A stretch of 45,060 nucleotides of DNA, from positions 33,074,352-33,119,411 of the forward strand of contig NC_069005.1 in NCBI RefSeq assembly GCF_001194135.2. The letters are read 5' to 3'. A program made the translations under genes and the position numbers. The stretch is from Octopus bimaculoides (lineage: Eukaryota). Below are positions 25,046 through 36,535 of the stretch, piece by piece. Every line of letters begins with the position of its first letter. Position 1 is the stretch's first letter. The notes below the pieces were generated by a model that was not told where the DNA came from, searched no databases, and worked only from the letters and a program-made list of their open reading frames with translations.

Positions 25046-25859
25046 TACAATATCTATAATGTGAGTGTGTGTACATACATAATGTATGTGTGTATATAGC
25101 TTTTGAATAATAGAATTGTAACTTATTAAATTAAGGTCTTCTTCTGAAAGGAATATGAAGAAATTTTAACCAGTTCAATTTACAGTCAGTGATTTCAGTA
25201 TTTCTTTTGTCATCAAAATCATTTTAATGAAAATGCTTGAAATATCTTTTTCATAAAAAGCTATTTTTATTTTTGGTCAGAAAACCAAAAATACCAGGGA
25301 AAAAAAAAGTGCAAAAAACCCAAAAAACAAAACAAAACAAAAACAAAACATAAGCAAACAAACGAAAGAAGTATTTTAACAACTCCAACCACCCTTCCTT
25401 ACTCTGTTTTCAATGAGTCATTAGTAAAAAATTGATACAGTTCTGTTTGTTCTGTTTTTTGTTTAATTATTTATTCTTATGAAAAATGCTGGTTATTCAT
25501 CTGAGCTTGATTTAAAATTCTGTCTTGTCTGTGTGCATTTAAAAAACTGTAATGTCTTGTTTATAGTTGTCACTTTATTCTGTTTTACATGGCAATATTT
25601 AGAAAACTATTAAAACATTCAATATATATACAGGGGAAGCTTATATAAGATAATGTGAACTATTAAACCTTCCTTTTTGGAACTCTTGCTCTTTGCAACT
25701 GGAGGTGCAATTTTCTGACTCATCCCGTCTCTGTTCTTTCACAATACACTCTACAGCACTACTTCCTTCTATCATTTTCATCTTGTAAACTAATTCTTAA
25801 ATTATAATTAGATTATTATTTGTTTTCAGTTGTTTTAGGTGAATTTCATCCTTCTTAAT

Positions 25860-26045
25860 ACTGTGATGGATTGGTGAAATCATGAGAATGTCAGACAAAA
25901 TGGCCTTGCAGTATTGTTTTTGAGTCTTTACATTCTGAGTTCAAATCCTGCCAGGGTCAACCTTCATCCTTTCTGCGCTGATGAAATATAATATCTGTCA
26001 AGTACTGGAGTGGATTTAATTGGCTAACCCACCAAATTTAGGCCT
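25860..26045 (+). mobile_element. Degraded Deu/Nin-like SINE
   Basis: tctttacattctgagttcaaatcctgccagggtcaaccttcatcctttc. Confidence 0.7.
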
Positions 26046-26059
26046 CCCTCTTATACTTA

Positions 26060-26395
26060 TACTTCTTGAGATGGCTCATGTTGGTCAACCACATGCCACA
26101 TGGTCACAGCAGGTGAGGACGTATCTTGTGGAGATGGGGGCTGTCCAGTTTCTTCTGGTTGGCGTTGTAATAGGTTGAAGGTTCTTTTGGGCAGGTTGTT
26201 GGCTCTCCACAGAATAGTTAGAATAGTGGAGCTGCCATCTTGGTGTAGGTCACCGTTAATCTGGAACTTTCCTGGGAGACTGGCCCACCTAGAATGGCCC
26301 TACCAGGAGCAATACTCCAGGCGGTAACACTCTCTCGGATCTACAGAGCATACAAACCCCCTCACCACGACAAGGCCAAACTCAGGAGGAGGTGT
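26060..26395 (+). mobile_element. Probable RTE-type LINE 3' end remnant
   Basis: About 50% GC island; one frame reads VGQPHATWSQQVRTYLVEMG (GRP-x-x-TW-like); ggccctaccagg...caaaccccctcaccacgacaagg resembles an RTE 3' UTR by recall. Confidence 0.5.
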
Positions 26396-26744
26396 TATAG
26401 TAATTAAAAAGCTAAAAAATGGTAATATAAAAGTCAAACTGATTACATCTAATCTCATAAGGGACAGAATTTTACTGATTGAAAGGTCATTGACTCAAAA
26501 TGTTTTTCCAAATCATAAAATACAAAATTGAATAAAATCCAATAGAGTAGATACATAAATATTTTTGAATGGAGACAAGCCAAATATTTGAAATAATTTT
26601 AAGGATGTAGTTATTAAACCGGGGACTGAACAGCAATGTTATTAAAGCAATTACCTCTCAAACCAAAGATGAGTCTCTATGTAATTAGTCAACCTACTTG
26701 AAGTAATAGCTGAATCACCTTCAAATTACACTCTGATGTAATAA

Positions 26745-26872
26745 CACTTTTGCATTTAAATCAGCTGTGTATGGCCCAAATATTCTACCTGTTTTATTTT
26801 GTTCAAACCAGCCAGACCTGGTCTCTGACACCTACCCTACAATGTCATTGAAAAATAAAATAACCACATTGT
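26745..26872 (+). mobile_element. Left half of the piggyBac-like MITE
   Basis: Aligns by eye with 35379-35500 (caaatattctacctgtttta...cacctaccctacaatgtcatt). Confidence 0.8.
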
Positions 26873-26879
26873 GGGTTTA

Positions 26880-27120
26880 AGATTTACAATGTTGAGTTTA
26901 CGAAGATGTGACCATAGCAAGTGACCTGATCTGAGATCGTGTGCTGAAACAAACACAATTGCAGCGTGGAAGGTGTTTGTCAGCCATTTAAAAACACACA
27001 CAAAAAAAAAAAACGCCATTAGATTCACTTCAGCATTTAAATTTAATTTGTGTCAAAATATTTTCATCGCTTTGAAACCGCGACCTGTTTACTGACAAAA
27101 CTTTGCGTTGAGTTTATAGA
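26880..27120 (-). mobile_element. CpG-retaining interspersed repeat carrying a hammerhead-like motif; possible Penelope-like or retrozyme terminus
   Basis: Several CpGs in an otherwise CpG-poor background; contains the motif at 27051-27097 followed by aattaaa. Confidence 0.5.
27051..27097 (-). ncRNA. Minimal type I hammerhead-ribozyme-like motif (G3-C8 variant; G5 reads A in this copy)
   Basis: Minus strand reads UGUCA-GUAAACA-G-GUCGC(GGUUUCAAA)GCGAU-GAA-AAUAUU-U-UGACA: perfect 5-bp stem I, 5-bp stem II, palindromic helix III. Confidence 0.55.
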
Positions 27121-29076
27121 AGAATTATTGACCATTTTTATATCTGTGCTGTAATTTCAGATGAAAGATTCCATTAAAATTTTCATTGGTAATGATATGT
27201 GGTACAGATAAAGCTATTTGACATTATTTCTGTTCTCATGGGTACTGTCATTGAGTTTTTTTTTTCAAGTTTAAGCACGGCTATATTAGTTAACAGTCAT
27301 TTATGAAAGAAAATATTGATGGTATGAACTTGGTCTGGAGTCGCCAACGGTTTAGAATATAGCCTGAAATTATCATAACTGCTGTAAATGGAAGGTAGAA
27401 TAGCACAATGAGATAAGGCCTGCACTATTGTGCAAGATGATCTAGCTTAGAATTTAAGGAAATGGAATAAGGTTAGTAGAATGTTATAGCTTGAGTGAGC
27501 ATTATATAAAAATAAAAAAAAAAAGGGAAAGAAAGAAATTCAAGAGTTGAATTTCAGATAATAATCATTATAGAACCATATGGAGAGAAAAGCTGTATGT
27601 TGATAAGATGATGAAGGAAATATCACAAGAAGCTGAGAGGTGTGGCTGAGAAATGAGAAAGTGTAGAGTGTATTATAAGTGTATTTATCAAAACAGTAAT
27701 TGAAGTGAGAATTCTTGTGTTTGAAATGGTGTCATTGCTACTTTTCTGTAGCAGTGGGAGGAGGAGGAAGAAAAGAAAGAAAACGAAATCCTTGTAATAT
27801 TTAACAAACACCAATCCTTTTGAATAATGTTTTTAGATTTCAGTGTTTCTCTGCAATTATAATTATAGTTGAATGTAGTGATATGATACGATGGCCTTGT
27901 CAACTATAGCAAATGTGATACACTGACGGAGAGAGACAAACAGTTATTAATTTCCTTGTTGAATGAGGTATAATCACATACAATCATTTGGTTGTGTTCA
28001 ATCTTTGTTTTCGGCTTTAAACAAAACATTAAAGTGATAAATGTGGCCATAACACTTCAAATGTTCGTATTATCATGTATTGTTTGATTTCAGATAATAA
28101 TAATAACAGACAACAATGAACCATATATAGCAACACATTAAGTCGACTGATTTGATTGAGAGGAATAAATTACATTTCTTCTTTTTTTTTTTTATCATCA
28201 TTGCTTGACTAAGCAAAAAGATCATTTGAGATCAGATTTTTTCCACCAATTCCTGTCTGCATGTAAGACAGTCTTTTGTTAATTTAGTGGTTTTAGAAAC
28301 AGTTCAGTTAATTTGGATATTGCTTGAAAATACACTTTATTAGTCAAGCAGAATTATTATCATTATTAATTATTTCGATAAAGATAGGTTCTATTGTATT
28401 GTGAAGAGTAAACTAATCCCCACTCTTCTAACAGTCGTAGTCAATTATAGACATAATCTAATTTAATATGAAGCAGACAGTAATGTGTACATAGAAAGAA
28501 GTGACTAGGTTATCATCAAATGTCTGTACATGTTTCAGTGTGTTTATCTATTCTTTTGAATATTTACCTTTCGAGACTACAAGCCCACTGAAGTTTATTT
28601 AATTATTGATTTGTATTTAAATTTTTTTTTTTATATTGTAACATAAAGGGAGTCATCTTGAAAAGATTCAGCTATCAGATGATTAATTACAAACTGAATA
28701 AAGGGCAAACGATGATTTCAAATTATACTCCCACATTGTTCCTGCTATAGTATTTTCACTTACAAATTCCAATCATCTTCACTTACCATAAATATTTAAA
28801 TCTAGGCTTGCTGATTTAGTCAGCTTTTAGAAAAACTACATATACACTACTTCTTTGATGCCTCTTCCCCCCCCCCCCGCCTCCAATTCTCTTTATGTGA
28901 CTGTCAGTTAATTATGGAAACTTTAGTTCTGTCGTGAAAGCTGATTGGTGTTTTCTTTTCAAACATGGATTGACATTACTGATTTTTCCTAAACTTCTAA
29001 CGTGGAAGGTATTAGAAATTAGAACTCTTGAAATGTTGAGCAAACTAGCATCAAAGAATAGAAACATATTATAAAA

Positions 29077-29089
29077 TCTGTATAAGCGA

Positions 29090-29124
<35 letters not shown>
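29077..29124. repeat. (GAT)n(GGT)n trinucleotide repeat
   Basis: Direct inspection. Confidence 0.9.
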
Positions 29125-29847
29125 TTACGATGAAACGTTTGTAATAACTCAGATTCCATTGCCTTAACCATAGTCAGGCAGGTCACCATCTGGCAGCAAA
29201 TAATGGCAAATCTCAACCCACAAAGGGTTCCTTATTTGTTCTTTACAATCCACAGCTGCTGATGAATGGAAGTTCTGCTGCTGCATCTAAAAGTGGGTGG
29301 GGGTGGACAGAAAGAACTTTGGACCTATCATAATATTAAAAAAATGTGATGTTTGTAACACAAATATTAAATAAATTACATATATAGCAAGCATCTTTTT
29401 AATTGCACATACACAAATGAACACGTCTATAACGAGACACCCGTTTGGATACAACCAAAGGGAGGCAGTATAGATTATCACTAGGAAGAAAAGCAGGTGA
29501 TTAGAGAGAGAGGAATGAAGAGGAGGAGGAGGAGGAGGCTGGGACCTGCAGCAAGCAATGTCGTGTGAATGAGGTGGGTTGGTGAATGAAAACTGCAGAA
29601 ATATTTCTAGGGAACAGCTACTGTTTTGTTACATGATACCACCTCATCTTAAAGATTGCTAATTAAACTAGGTTTTTTATTTGTTTGTTTGTGTGTCACT
29701 CGAATGCTTTATCAACTTAACTTCTTTAAGGATCTCATCCAGCTTCTTTACATAACGCTTGTGTTTGTTTACCCTTAACCTTCAGATAAATATAAAAGTT
29801 TGAAATATTTGTTGATTGAGAATTCCAAAACAAAAATAACATACATT

Positions 29848-29849
<2 letters not shown>

Positions 29850-29891
<42 letters not shown>
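29850..29891. repeat. (TA)n microsatellite
   Basis: Direct inspection. Confidence 0.95.
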
Positions 29892-29892
<1 letters not shown>

Positions 29893-30149
29893 TTCTGTGT
29901 TTACACACACAGAGTATGTATCTCATACTACACCATTTTTTAATGTCACTTTATCTCAACAGATTTATTGGGGTGGGGTTCTTTGGTAATAGAATGAGTG
30001 TACCAATACCGCAATATTCTAACATATATAATAGTATACAATATTTTAGTGTATATAATGTCTAACATGATATTTTACACATTAGAAAAGGTTTATATGA
30101 GCTTTGCTGTTATACAAGATATTAAATTGTACACACACACACACACACA

Positions 30150-30209
30150 TACAGGTTGCCATCGACTTACGACCTATCTAACTTACGACCGATTGACTTT
30201 ACGACGATT
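30150..30209 (+). mobile_element. Tigger/pogo-like DNA transposon left end (TA + CAGG...CGACTTACGACC) with subterminal repeats
   Basis: TA at 30150-30151, then caggttgccatcgacttacgacc and three ttacgac repeats; no right TIR found. Confidence 0.5.
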
Positions 30210-30408
30210 GGCACGCCAGTTCCCGGCACGCCAGTTCCCGGCACGCCAGTTCCCGGCACGCCAGCTCCCGGCACGCCAGTTCCCGGCACGCCAGCTCCCG
30301 GCACGCCAGTTCCCGGCACGCCAGCTCCCGGCACGCCAGTTCCCAGCACGCCAGTTCCCGGCACGCCAGCTCCCGGCACGCCAGCTCCCGGCACGCCAGC
30401 TCCCAGCA
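30210..30408. repeat. GC-rich minisatellite, 13 x 15 bp (ggcacgccag[t/c]tccc)
   Basis: 13 full units counted at 30210-30404 plus a partial unit; variant order T,T,T,C,T,C,T,C,T,T,C,C,C. Confidence 0.98.
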
Positions 30409-30419
30409 ATTTTATGGAG

Positions 30420-30512
30420 AAGCAGGATAGTCAATAACATCAATCCCAGAGCTCAACTGGTACTTAATTTGTTGATCCTGAAAGGATGAAAGACAAAGTT
30501 GATCTCAGTGGC
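30420..30512 (-). mobile_element. Deu/Nin-like SINE fragment
   Basis: aactggtacttaatttgttgatcctgaaaggatgaaagacaaagttgatctc. Confidence 0.7.
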
Positions 30513-30989
30513 AACAATTCTGCCAGCTCACTGCCTTACTACTACTATTACTACTACTACTACTACTAACAATAATAATATTAATAATAATTTCTTCTAA
30601 CATTGACATGAGCTATGAGTTTGTAGAGATGAATATGGTTACTTGACTTGAATGCAGTAAATTACTGGTACTTCTCAGTTGCAGAGAAGTTGGTCAAGTG
30701 ACTGAAATGCTAATGTAAAACTTGACTAATTTGCAGAATGTTGTGTCAGCATATACTGAGTCTGATGATGATGATTTCCAATTGTGTCACAAGGTCAGAC
30801 ATTTTGTTGTGAGGAGTTTGAAGATGTAGTTGATTTAATCAACCTCATTGATTGATCAATATTTATCATATTGACCTCAGAAAAAAAAAAATCAATAAAA
30901 AAAAACAGTCAATCTTAGCAAAATTTGAACTCAAGATATAAGGCTGTAACTAAACACCATAAAAAATTTTTCGTGATTGACTGACTTTT

Positions 30990-31105
30990 CACTGGAGCAA
31001 TGTGAAATAAAGTGTCTTTGTCAAGAACACAACACACAGCCTGGTCTGCTGAATTGAACTCACTACCTCATGATTGTGAGCCGGATGCTCTAACCACTGA
31101 GCCAT
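30990..31105 (-). mobile_element. tRNA-derived SINE head
   Basis: Aligns with 11194-11317; rc A-box tggctcagtggttag. Confidence 0.8.
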
Positions 31106-31370
31106 TTATCAGTTTCTTTTGTTGAACCAAGTCATGGAGATATAAACAAACCAATACTGGTTGTCAAACTGTGATGAAGTAAAAATACACACACACACAC
31201 ACACACACACTATGGCTTCCCTCACAGTTTCTGTCTACCAAATTCATTAACAAGGCACTGGTTGGCCCAGAGCTCTAGTAGAAGACAGTCACCCAGGGTG
31301 CCATACAGTGGGACTGAACCTGAAACCATGTAGTTGCAAAACGAGCTTCTTAACCACACAGCCATGCTTG
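31106..31370 (-). mobile_element. Composite SINE (3'-truncated) with internal (CA)n
   Basis: gaaccaagtcatggagatataaac...(ca)n...ggcttccctcacagtttctgtctaccaaatt...cttaaccacacagccatgc. Confidence 0.85.
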
Positions 31371-32092
31371 CTACTAGATCTCATGGAAGAAGTAGTTGTC
31401 AAGGAGTTATTGAACTGCAATGGCAGAATCTGGAATAGATGTACACTCATAAAAAAAAAAAAATCTTGAAGTAGGAAGTTGTTATTCTTTTACATGTGTG
31501 TGGAGAGAGAGAGTGTGAGCCAAGTAAAGTAAAGGTTATATACACCATAACCTTGTCCTATATTTCCTGTATGGAAAAGCTGTACCAATTCTGCATTTCT
31601 ATATTTGTTTCAACATTTAAAGAAATAGACTGAGAAAACAACATTTTAGTTCTTGTAGCCAATTTTCCTCCCATATGGGATCACTACTCCTTAATTATGT
31701 GTAACTTGATACTAAATAATGGAGTCCTATTTTCAAACTGGATATTCTCATCCTTAAATAAACTGACTTGAAATAAATACCACTGAAAAGAAAGAGATAA
31801 TTTATGTCAGAATCAAATGATTATTTGTATTTTTGCCTGATATATTTTTGCTTTGATTTTTGTGTTGTAGAAACTTATTGTGTGTCCATTAAATCAAAAC
31901 ATGTTGTTTAACCCTAGGTTGGTCCTAACTGGCTGATCTTATGAAATAGTCATTCCAGCCATAATCATCATTTAATCTTTTTCTGTATTTTGAACTATAT
32001 TATACAATGGGCTCTTCCTTTTTTAAAGATGGTTAGCTCATTTTTAATAATGAGGTACCTTCTGAAATTCTCTGCTTTTCATATTACATATC

Positions 32093-32360
32093 ACCATCAT
32101 CATCATCATCATCGTTTAACGTCTGCTTTCCATGCTAGCATGGGTTGGACGATTTGACTGAGGACTGGTGAGCCAGAGGCTGCACCAGGCTCCAATCTGA
32201 TTTGGCAGAGTTTCTACAGCTGGATGCCCTTCCTAACGCCAACCACTCAGAGAGTGTAGTGAGTGCTTTTACGTGCCACCTGCACGAAGGCCAGTCAGGC
32301 GGGTACTGGCAACGGCCACGCTCAAAATGCTGTATTTTACGTGCCACCCGCACAAGAGCG
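32093..32360 (-). mobile_element. RTE-tailed short retroposon with (GAT)n tail, well preserved
   Basis: catcatcatcatcgtttaacgtctgctttccatgctagcatgggttgg...ggatgcccttcctaacgccaaccac. Confidence 0.85.
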
Positions 32361-32469
32361 TCTTGTGCCTAGAGTAGAAAAGAATATTTGTTGTTGTTTA
32401 GAGACGTGTGAAGCTGATATTCTGTTGGTATTGTTGTTGTAAGAGAGATATAACACTGGACATGCCACT

Positions 32470-32660
32470 GTCCAGTGTCAGTCTTGATTAAGCAAACCTA
32501 TGATCAAGTCTTTGACCATCTGTCTCCTTTCCAGAACAGTATATCTAGGACTAACTTTTTTAATGTGGTCTTTTTTTAAGACAGTAGTGTAAGATTTGGT
32601 GGAGATTTGGCTACTGTTTCTGGCAGGTTGAATAACAATGTGGTAGCTCCTCTCCTTCAT
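32470..32660 (-). mobile_element. (CAA)n-tailed retroposon family copy
   Basis: cttgattaagcaaacctatgatcaa...aagacagtagtgtaagatttggtggagatttggctactgtttctggcaggttga. Confidence 0.7.
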
Positions 32661-34100
32661 TGTTTACTGTTGACATAGTAGTATTACATGAAAGGTGAAG
32701 TATCCATCCCTCTAATCTCTCCTTCCACCCAAGTGCTACAATTACATCTGAAATGTACTATTACAAGACACACACAGAGTTTCTTTTTGAGTAAAAACAT
32801 GATACAGCTTAAGAAAAATTAGTTGGGGGGGGGGTTCTCATTTAACTTTAATCTTCTATGGAGAAAATTGTTAAGTCAGAACCAAATCTGTTGTAATTAT
32901 TAATTGATAAAGATCTGATAACACTGTATCAAATTTTTAATGAAGTCTGTGGCTATTTCAGACAGTCTAACATCCTTATTTCAACTCAGTCAAACTTCAG
33001 TTCCTTATTATAATTAGGGATTTCCACCATAATTTTTTTTTAAATCCTCTATATTTACTCTCTCTTAGCTATTAATTTCCTTGTTTTTATATTCCCTAGG
33101 CTCTCAAAGAGTATCATTTTCTTTTGACATTTTTAAGGCTATGCAGTGCAATTACTGGGAGAGATTTATGAAATTATAGCATCTTCCTGTAATGGAAAGA
33201 GTTTTATTGTTTTATGTGTGTGTGTTTGTGTTTCACATAGGTAAAGGCACGAAAGGGAGGTTGGCTTAATGTCTAATTTATTTTAATAGAACTCTCTAAG
33301 GTAACTCCTCAAATTTAGTTTATGCCTGAATTAGTGAACGATAAAGAGATTCAGCTGAGGGTATAATTAATTAGTTACAAAAACTATTTCCAGATCCACT
33401 TACTTGGCAGAAGACTAGTAGTGGTGCCATGTTGTAGTGTTCATGCCTTGCTAAGCTGATTGCAATCATTTTGACTGGGAATCAAAGCCAGGTGACACAT
33501 GGCTATTCATTTTGAAAGTGTTGCAGTCATTTGAATTTATCCCCCAAAAGTGCTGGGTTTGACCTTGGTTATGGGATTGAAACTCAGGACGAAGGGACAT
33601 GACCAAACACCACAAGGGATTCTATACAATGCTCTTCTGATTTTACCAGATTATTTTCTGATGAGTTTGATTTTTAACACAAATATAATAGTCCATTGTT
33701 GCATAGGGATGATGACATGTGATTGTGCGATAGGGTGATGTTCAGCCATACAGATGAGGAAACAACTGCTTGAGAATCACTTGACAAAGAAGATAAATAG
33801 AATATTATGTTCTTACACAGGCACAAAGTGTGAGTCGCAGGAAAGAAGCAGGGGGGGGGGAATGAGATTGTGTAACAGTCATAAGTTGGTCACTTGAGAC
33901 AGTTGAAATATTTCACTTGCAATGTCATCTTTATGTTCTAGGATTTAAAAACTGCAACAACTACAAAGAAAAAAAAACATACTTTTTGTCATTCTTTAAA
34001 TTAGGTGCATATTTTGCCATTAAAGAAAAATGTTGCTATCGATCTATTTTATTCATGGTAGGCACTGCCTACCTTGCCGGCATGTCCCTGATATATATAT

Positions 34101-34757
34101 NNNNNNNNNNNNNNNNNNNNNNNNNNNNNNNNNNNNNNNNNNNNNNNNNNNNNNNNNNNNNNNNNNNNNNNNNNNNNNNNNNNNNNNNNNNNNNNNNNNN
34201 NNNNNNNNNNNNNNNNNNNNNNNNNNNNNNNNNNNNNNNNNNNNNNNNNNNNNNNNNNNNNNNNNNNNNNNNNNNNNNNNNNNNNNNNNNNNNNNNNNNN
34301 NNNNNNNNNNNNNNNNNNNNNNNNNNNNNNNNNNNNNNNNNNNNNNNNNNNNNNNNNNNNNNNNNNNNNNNNNNNNNNNNNNNNNNNNNNNNNNNNNNNN
34401 NNNNNNNNNNNNNNNNNNNNNNNNNNNNNNNNNNNNNNNNNNNNNNNNNNNNNNNNNNNNNNNNNNNNNNNNNNNNNNNNNNNNNNNNNNNNNNNNNNNN
34501 NNNNNNNNNNNNNNNNNNNNNNNNNNNNNNNNNNNNNNNNNNNNNNNNNNNNNNNNNNNNNNNNNNNNNNNNNNNNNNNNNNNNNNNNNNNNNNNNNNNN
34601 NNNNNNNNNNNNNNNNNNNNNNNNNNNNNNNNNNNNNNNNNNNNNNNNNNNNNNNNNNNNNNNNNNNNNNNNNNNNNNNNNNNNNNNNNNNNNNNNNNNN
34701 NNNNNNNNNNNNNNNNNNNNNNNNNNNNNNNNNNNNNNNNNNNNNNNNNNNNNNNNN
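34101..34757. other. Assembly gap (N-run)
   Basis: N characters. Confidence 1.
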
Positions 34758-35378
34758 CACTTGTTATATTGATTCTTTTGTAAAGAAACAGAAACAGAAA
34801 TAGCTTCAGGGATGAAATGAGGTGGTGGTGGTGGTGGTGGTGGTAGGAGAGGCGATGTTCTTTCCCCTAGCCCCCCACCCCTCCCCATGGCTTTCCACTT
34901 CATTCTCTTCAACTATCATTTTTGTAATATTTATACAGAGGACAATGTAACGGTGCAGTGATTTTTGTCTTTTAATAGTTTTTCCCATTAAAGTGAACAT
35001 AGTTCCGCTTTAATCTCTCTCTCTCTCTCTTTCGCTCTCTCTCTCTCTCTCAGCTTTTGCCCCTGTTACTAACAAAGATCTCATTCAAAATGTATTTTTG
35101 TTAACTAGAATTCAGAATGTTGTTCACTTTCTCTGGTCATTGAACTGTCTTTTCAAGTGGATTGCATTTGTTTTCTTTTTTTCTTCTTCTTTTCCATTGG
35201 TATAGTAAGTATGGTGGCTTAGCACAAATGGTAGAGTGCCAGACTTAAATACTTTATGGAATTTAGTTATTGTTGTTTAGTCCAAGATCAACCCGAGTAA
35301 AGCAGATATAGGACTAATGGTGTTCCAACCATGACTATCCTGATGATATATCTAGCAAGGATTTTTTTTCTTTTTTAA

Positions 35379-35598
35379 TCCTTTAGCATTTAAGCTGGCC
35401 ATATCCAACCCAAATATTCTACTTGTTTTATGTTTGAGCTTGCCAGATCCAGCCTCTTGCACCTGCCCTACAATGTCACTCTAAAAATAAACAATCATAT
35501 CATTGAAACCTTAAAGCTATGAGATAATGCATGATTAAGTCAAAACAATGTGAATAAATAAGCATTACATTTAGTGGGGTAATCTGAATGCTAAAGGG
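35379..35598. mobile_element. Complete 220-bp piggyBac-like MITE with TTAA target-site duplication
   Basis: TTAA (35375-35378) + tCCTTTAGCATT ... AATGCTAAAGGG + TTAA (35599-35602); no coding capacity. Confidence 0.85.
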
Positions 35599-36194
35599 TT
35601 AAAATGGTAGGCTGTGATTTCAGGGAGAATTAGCTCCTATGAAATGATCACTTGAATGTTCTCAGCATTTAGTTGTAGCCTGTTGCAGTCTCCAAATTCA
35701 AGAGAGTTGAGATTAACTTCACATATCATCTTTCCAGGTTTATAATAAAGCTGCTACTAGTAATATCCTGGTTGATATTAACTGCTTCAGCTATACATAA
35801 TTCTTCTCTTTAAACAATATTTATTGCATATTGGTAATAATTGATCAATACATTTTGACTTTATATCAATTGGTCGGCTGAGACAATTGATATCTCTCAA
35901 TTACGCATAATTCTTCGTATACTATTATAAAAATATGTTTTTAACCCATTAACTTTTAATTGCAATTAAATCTCTTTCCAGCAGATTTAGCAGATGTTAT
36001 TGCCAGAAATATGGCACAGGTGACTCCAAAGACTGTCTTCAGTGATACATTAATACTAAAAGTAATTAGTTGATTGTACAGTTAGAGAGTCCACTAACTA
36101 TCAGTCTTTCTACTCTTACTATAATAGTCTTTCTTCATAACAATTTGTTGATACAAGCAATTAATGAAATTTTCTTAGTTTAGATTTGAAGCAC

Positions 36195-36365
36195 AGGCAT
36201 GGCTCTGTGGTTAAGAAGTTAGCTTTGTAACCACTTGGTTCCTGGTTCAATCTCATTGTGTGGCACTTTGGGCTAGAGTCTTCTACCATAGCCTCAGATT
36301 GGCCAATGCTTTGTGAGTGGAATTTGGTAGATAGAATCTTTGTGAAAACTAGTTGTGTGTGTGTA
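36195..36365 (+). mobile_element. Degraded 5' half of the composite tRNA-headed SINE
   Basis: ggcatggctctgtggttaagaagttagct...gtggcactttgggctagagtcttctaccatagcc, ending in (gt)n. Confidence 0.8.
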
Positions 36366-36407
36366 TTCTGACATAAACATCAAGGACACTGATAGCATGG
36401 TGCTTTG

Positions 36408-36535
36408 AAGGTGCATGGCCTAATGGTTAGGGTGTTGGGCTCAGTGTCATGAGGTTGTGAGTTTGATTCCTGGACTGAATAGTGTGTTAAACACCTTATT
36501 TCATGTTGTTCCAATCTACTCAGCAGAAAAATGTA
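36408..36535 (+). mobile_element. tRNA-derived SINE head
   Basis: A-box tggcctaatgg, degenerate B-box gtttgattcc, then ttatttcatgttgttccaatctactcagc. Confidence 0.7.

Noticed and set aside
29150-29335. About 60-codon open stretch (FHCLNHSQAGHHLAANNGKSQPTKGSLFVLYNPQLL...)
   Set aside because: No start codon at its beginning, weak splice signals, flanked by trinucleotide repeats, no homology recognised
30210-30408. CRISPR-like array
   Set aside because: Units are contiguous with no unique spacers; eukaryotic context with no cas genes
30156-30443. Elastin-, collagen- or mucin-like protein from the PGTPV / GVPGT ORFs
   Set aside because: Several frames on both strands are open simply because the 15-bp unit lacks stops; no splice sites or coding flanks, and the array sits next to a transposon-like end
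33404-33474. 71-nt minus-strand exon candidate (cccag|...CAA|gtaagt; KMIAISLARHEHYNMAPLLVFCQ)
   Set aside because: Good splice signals but no recognisable homology; such signals are expected by chance over 45 kb, and the candidates do not chain into a gene
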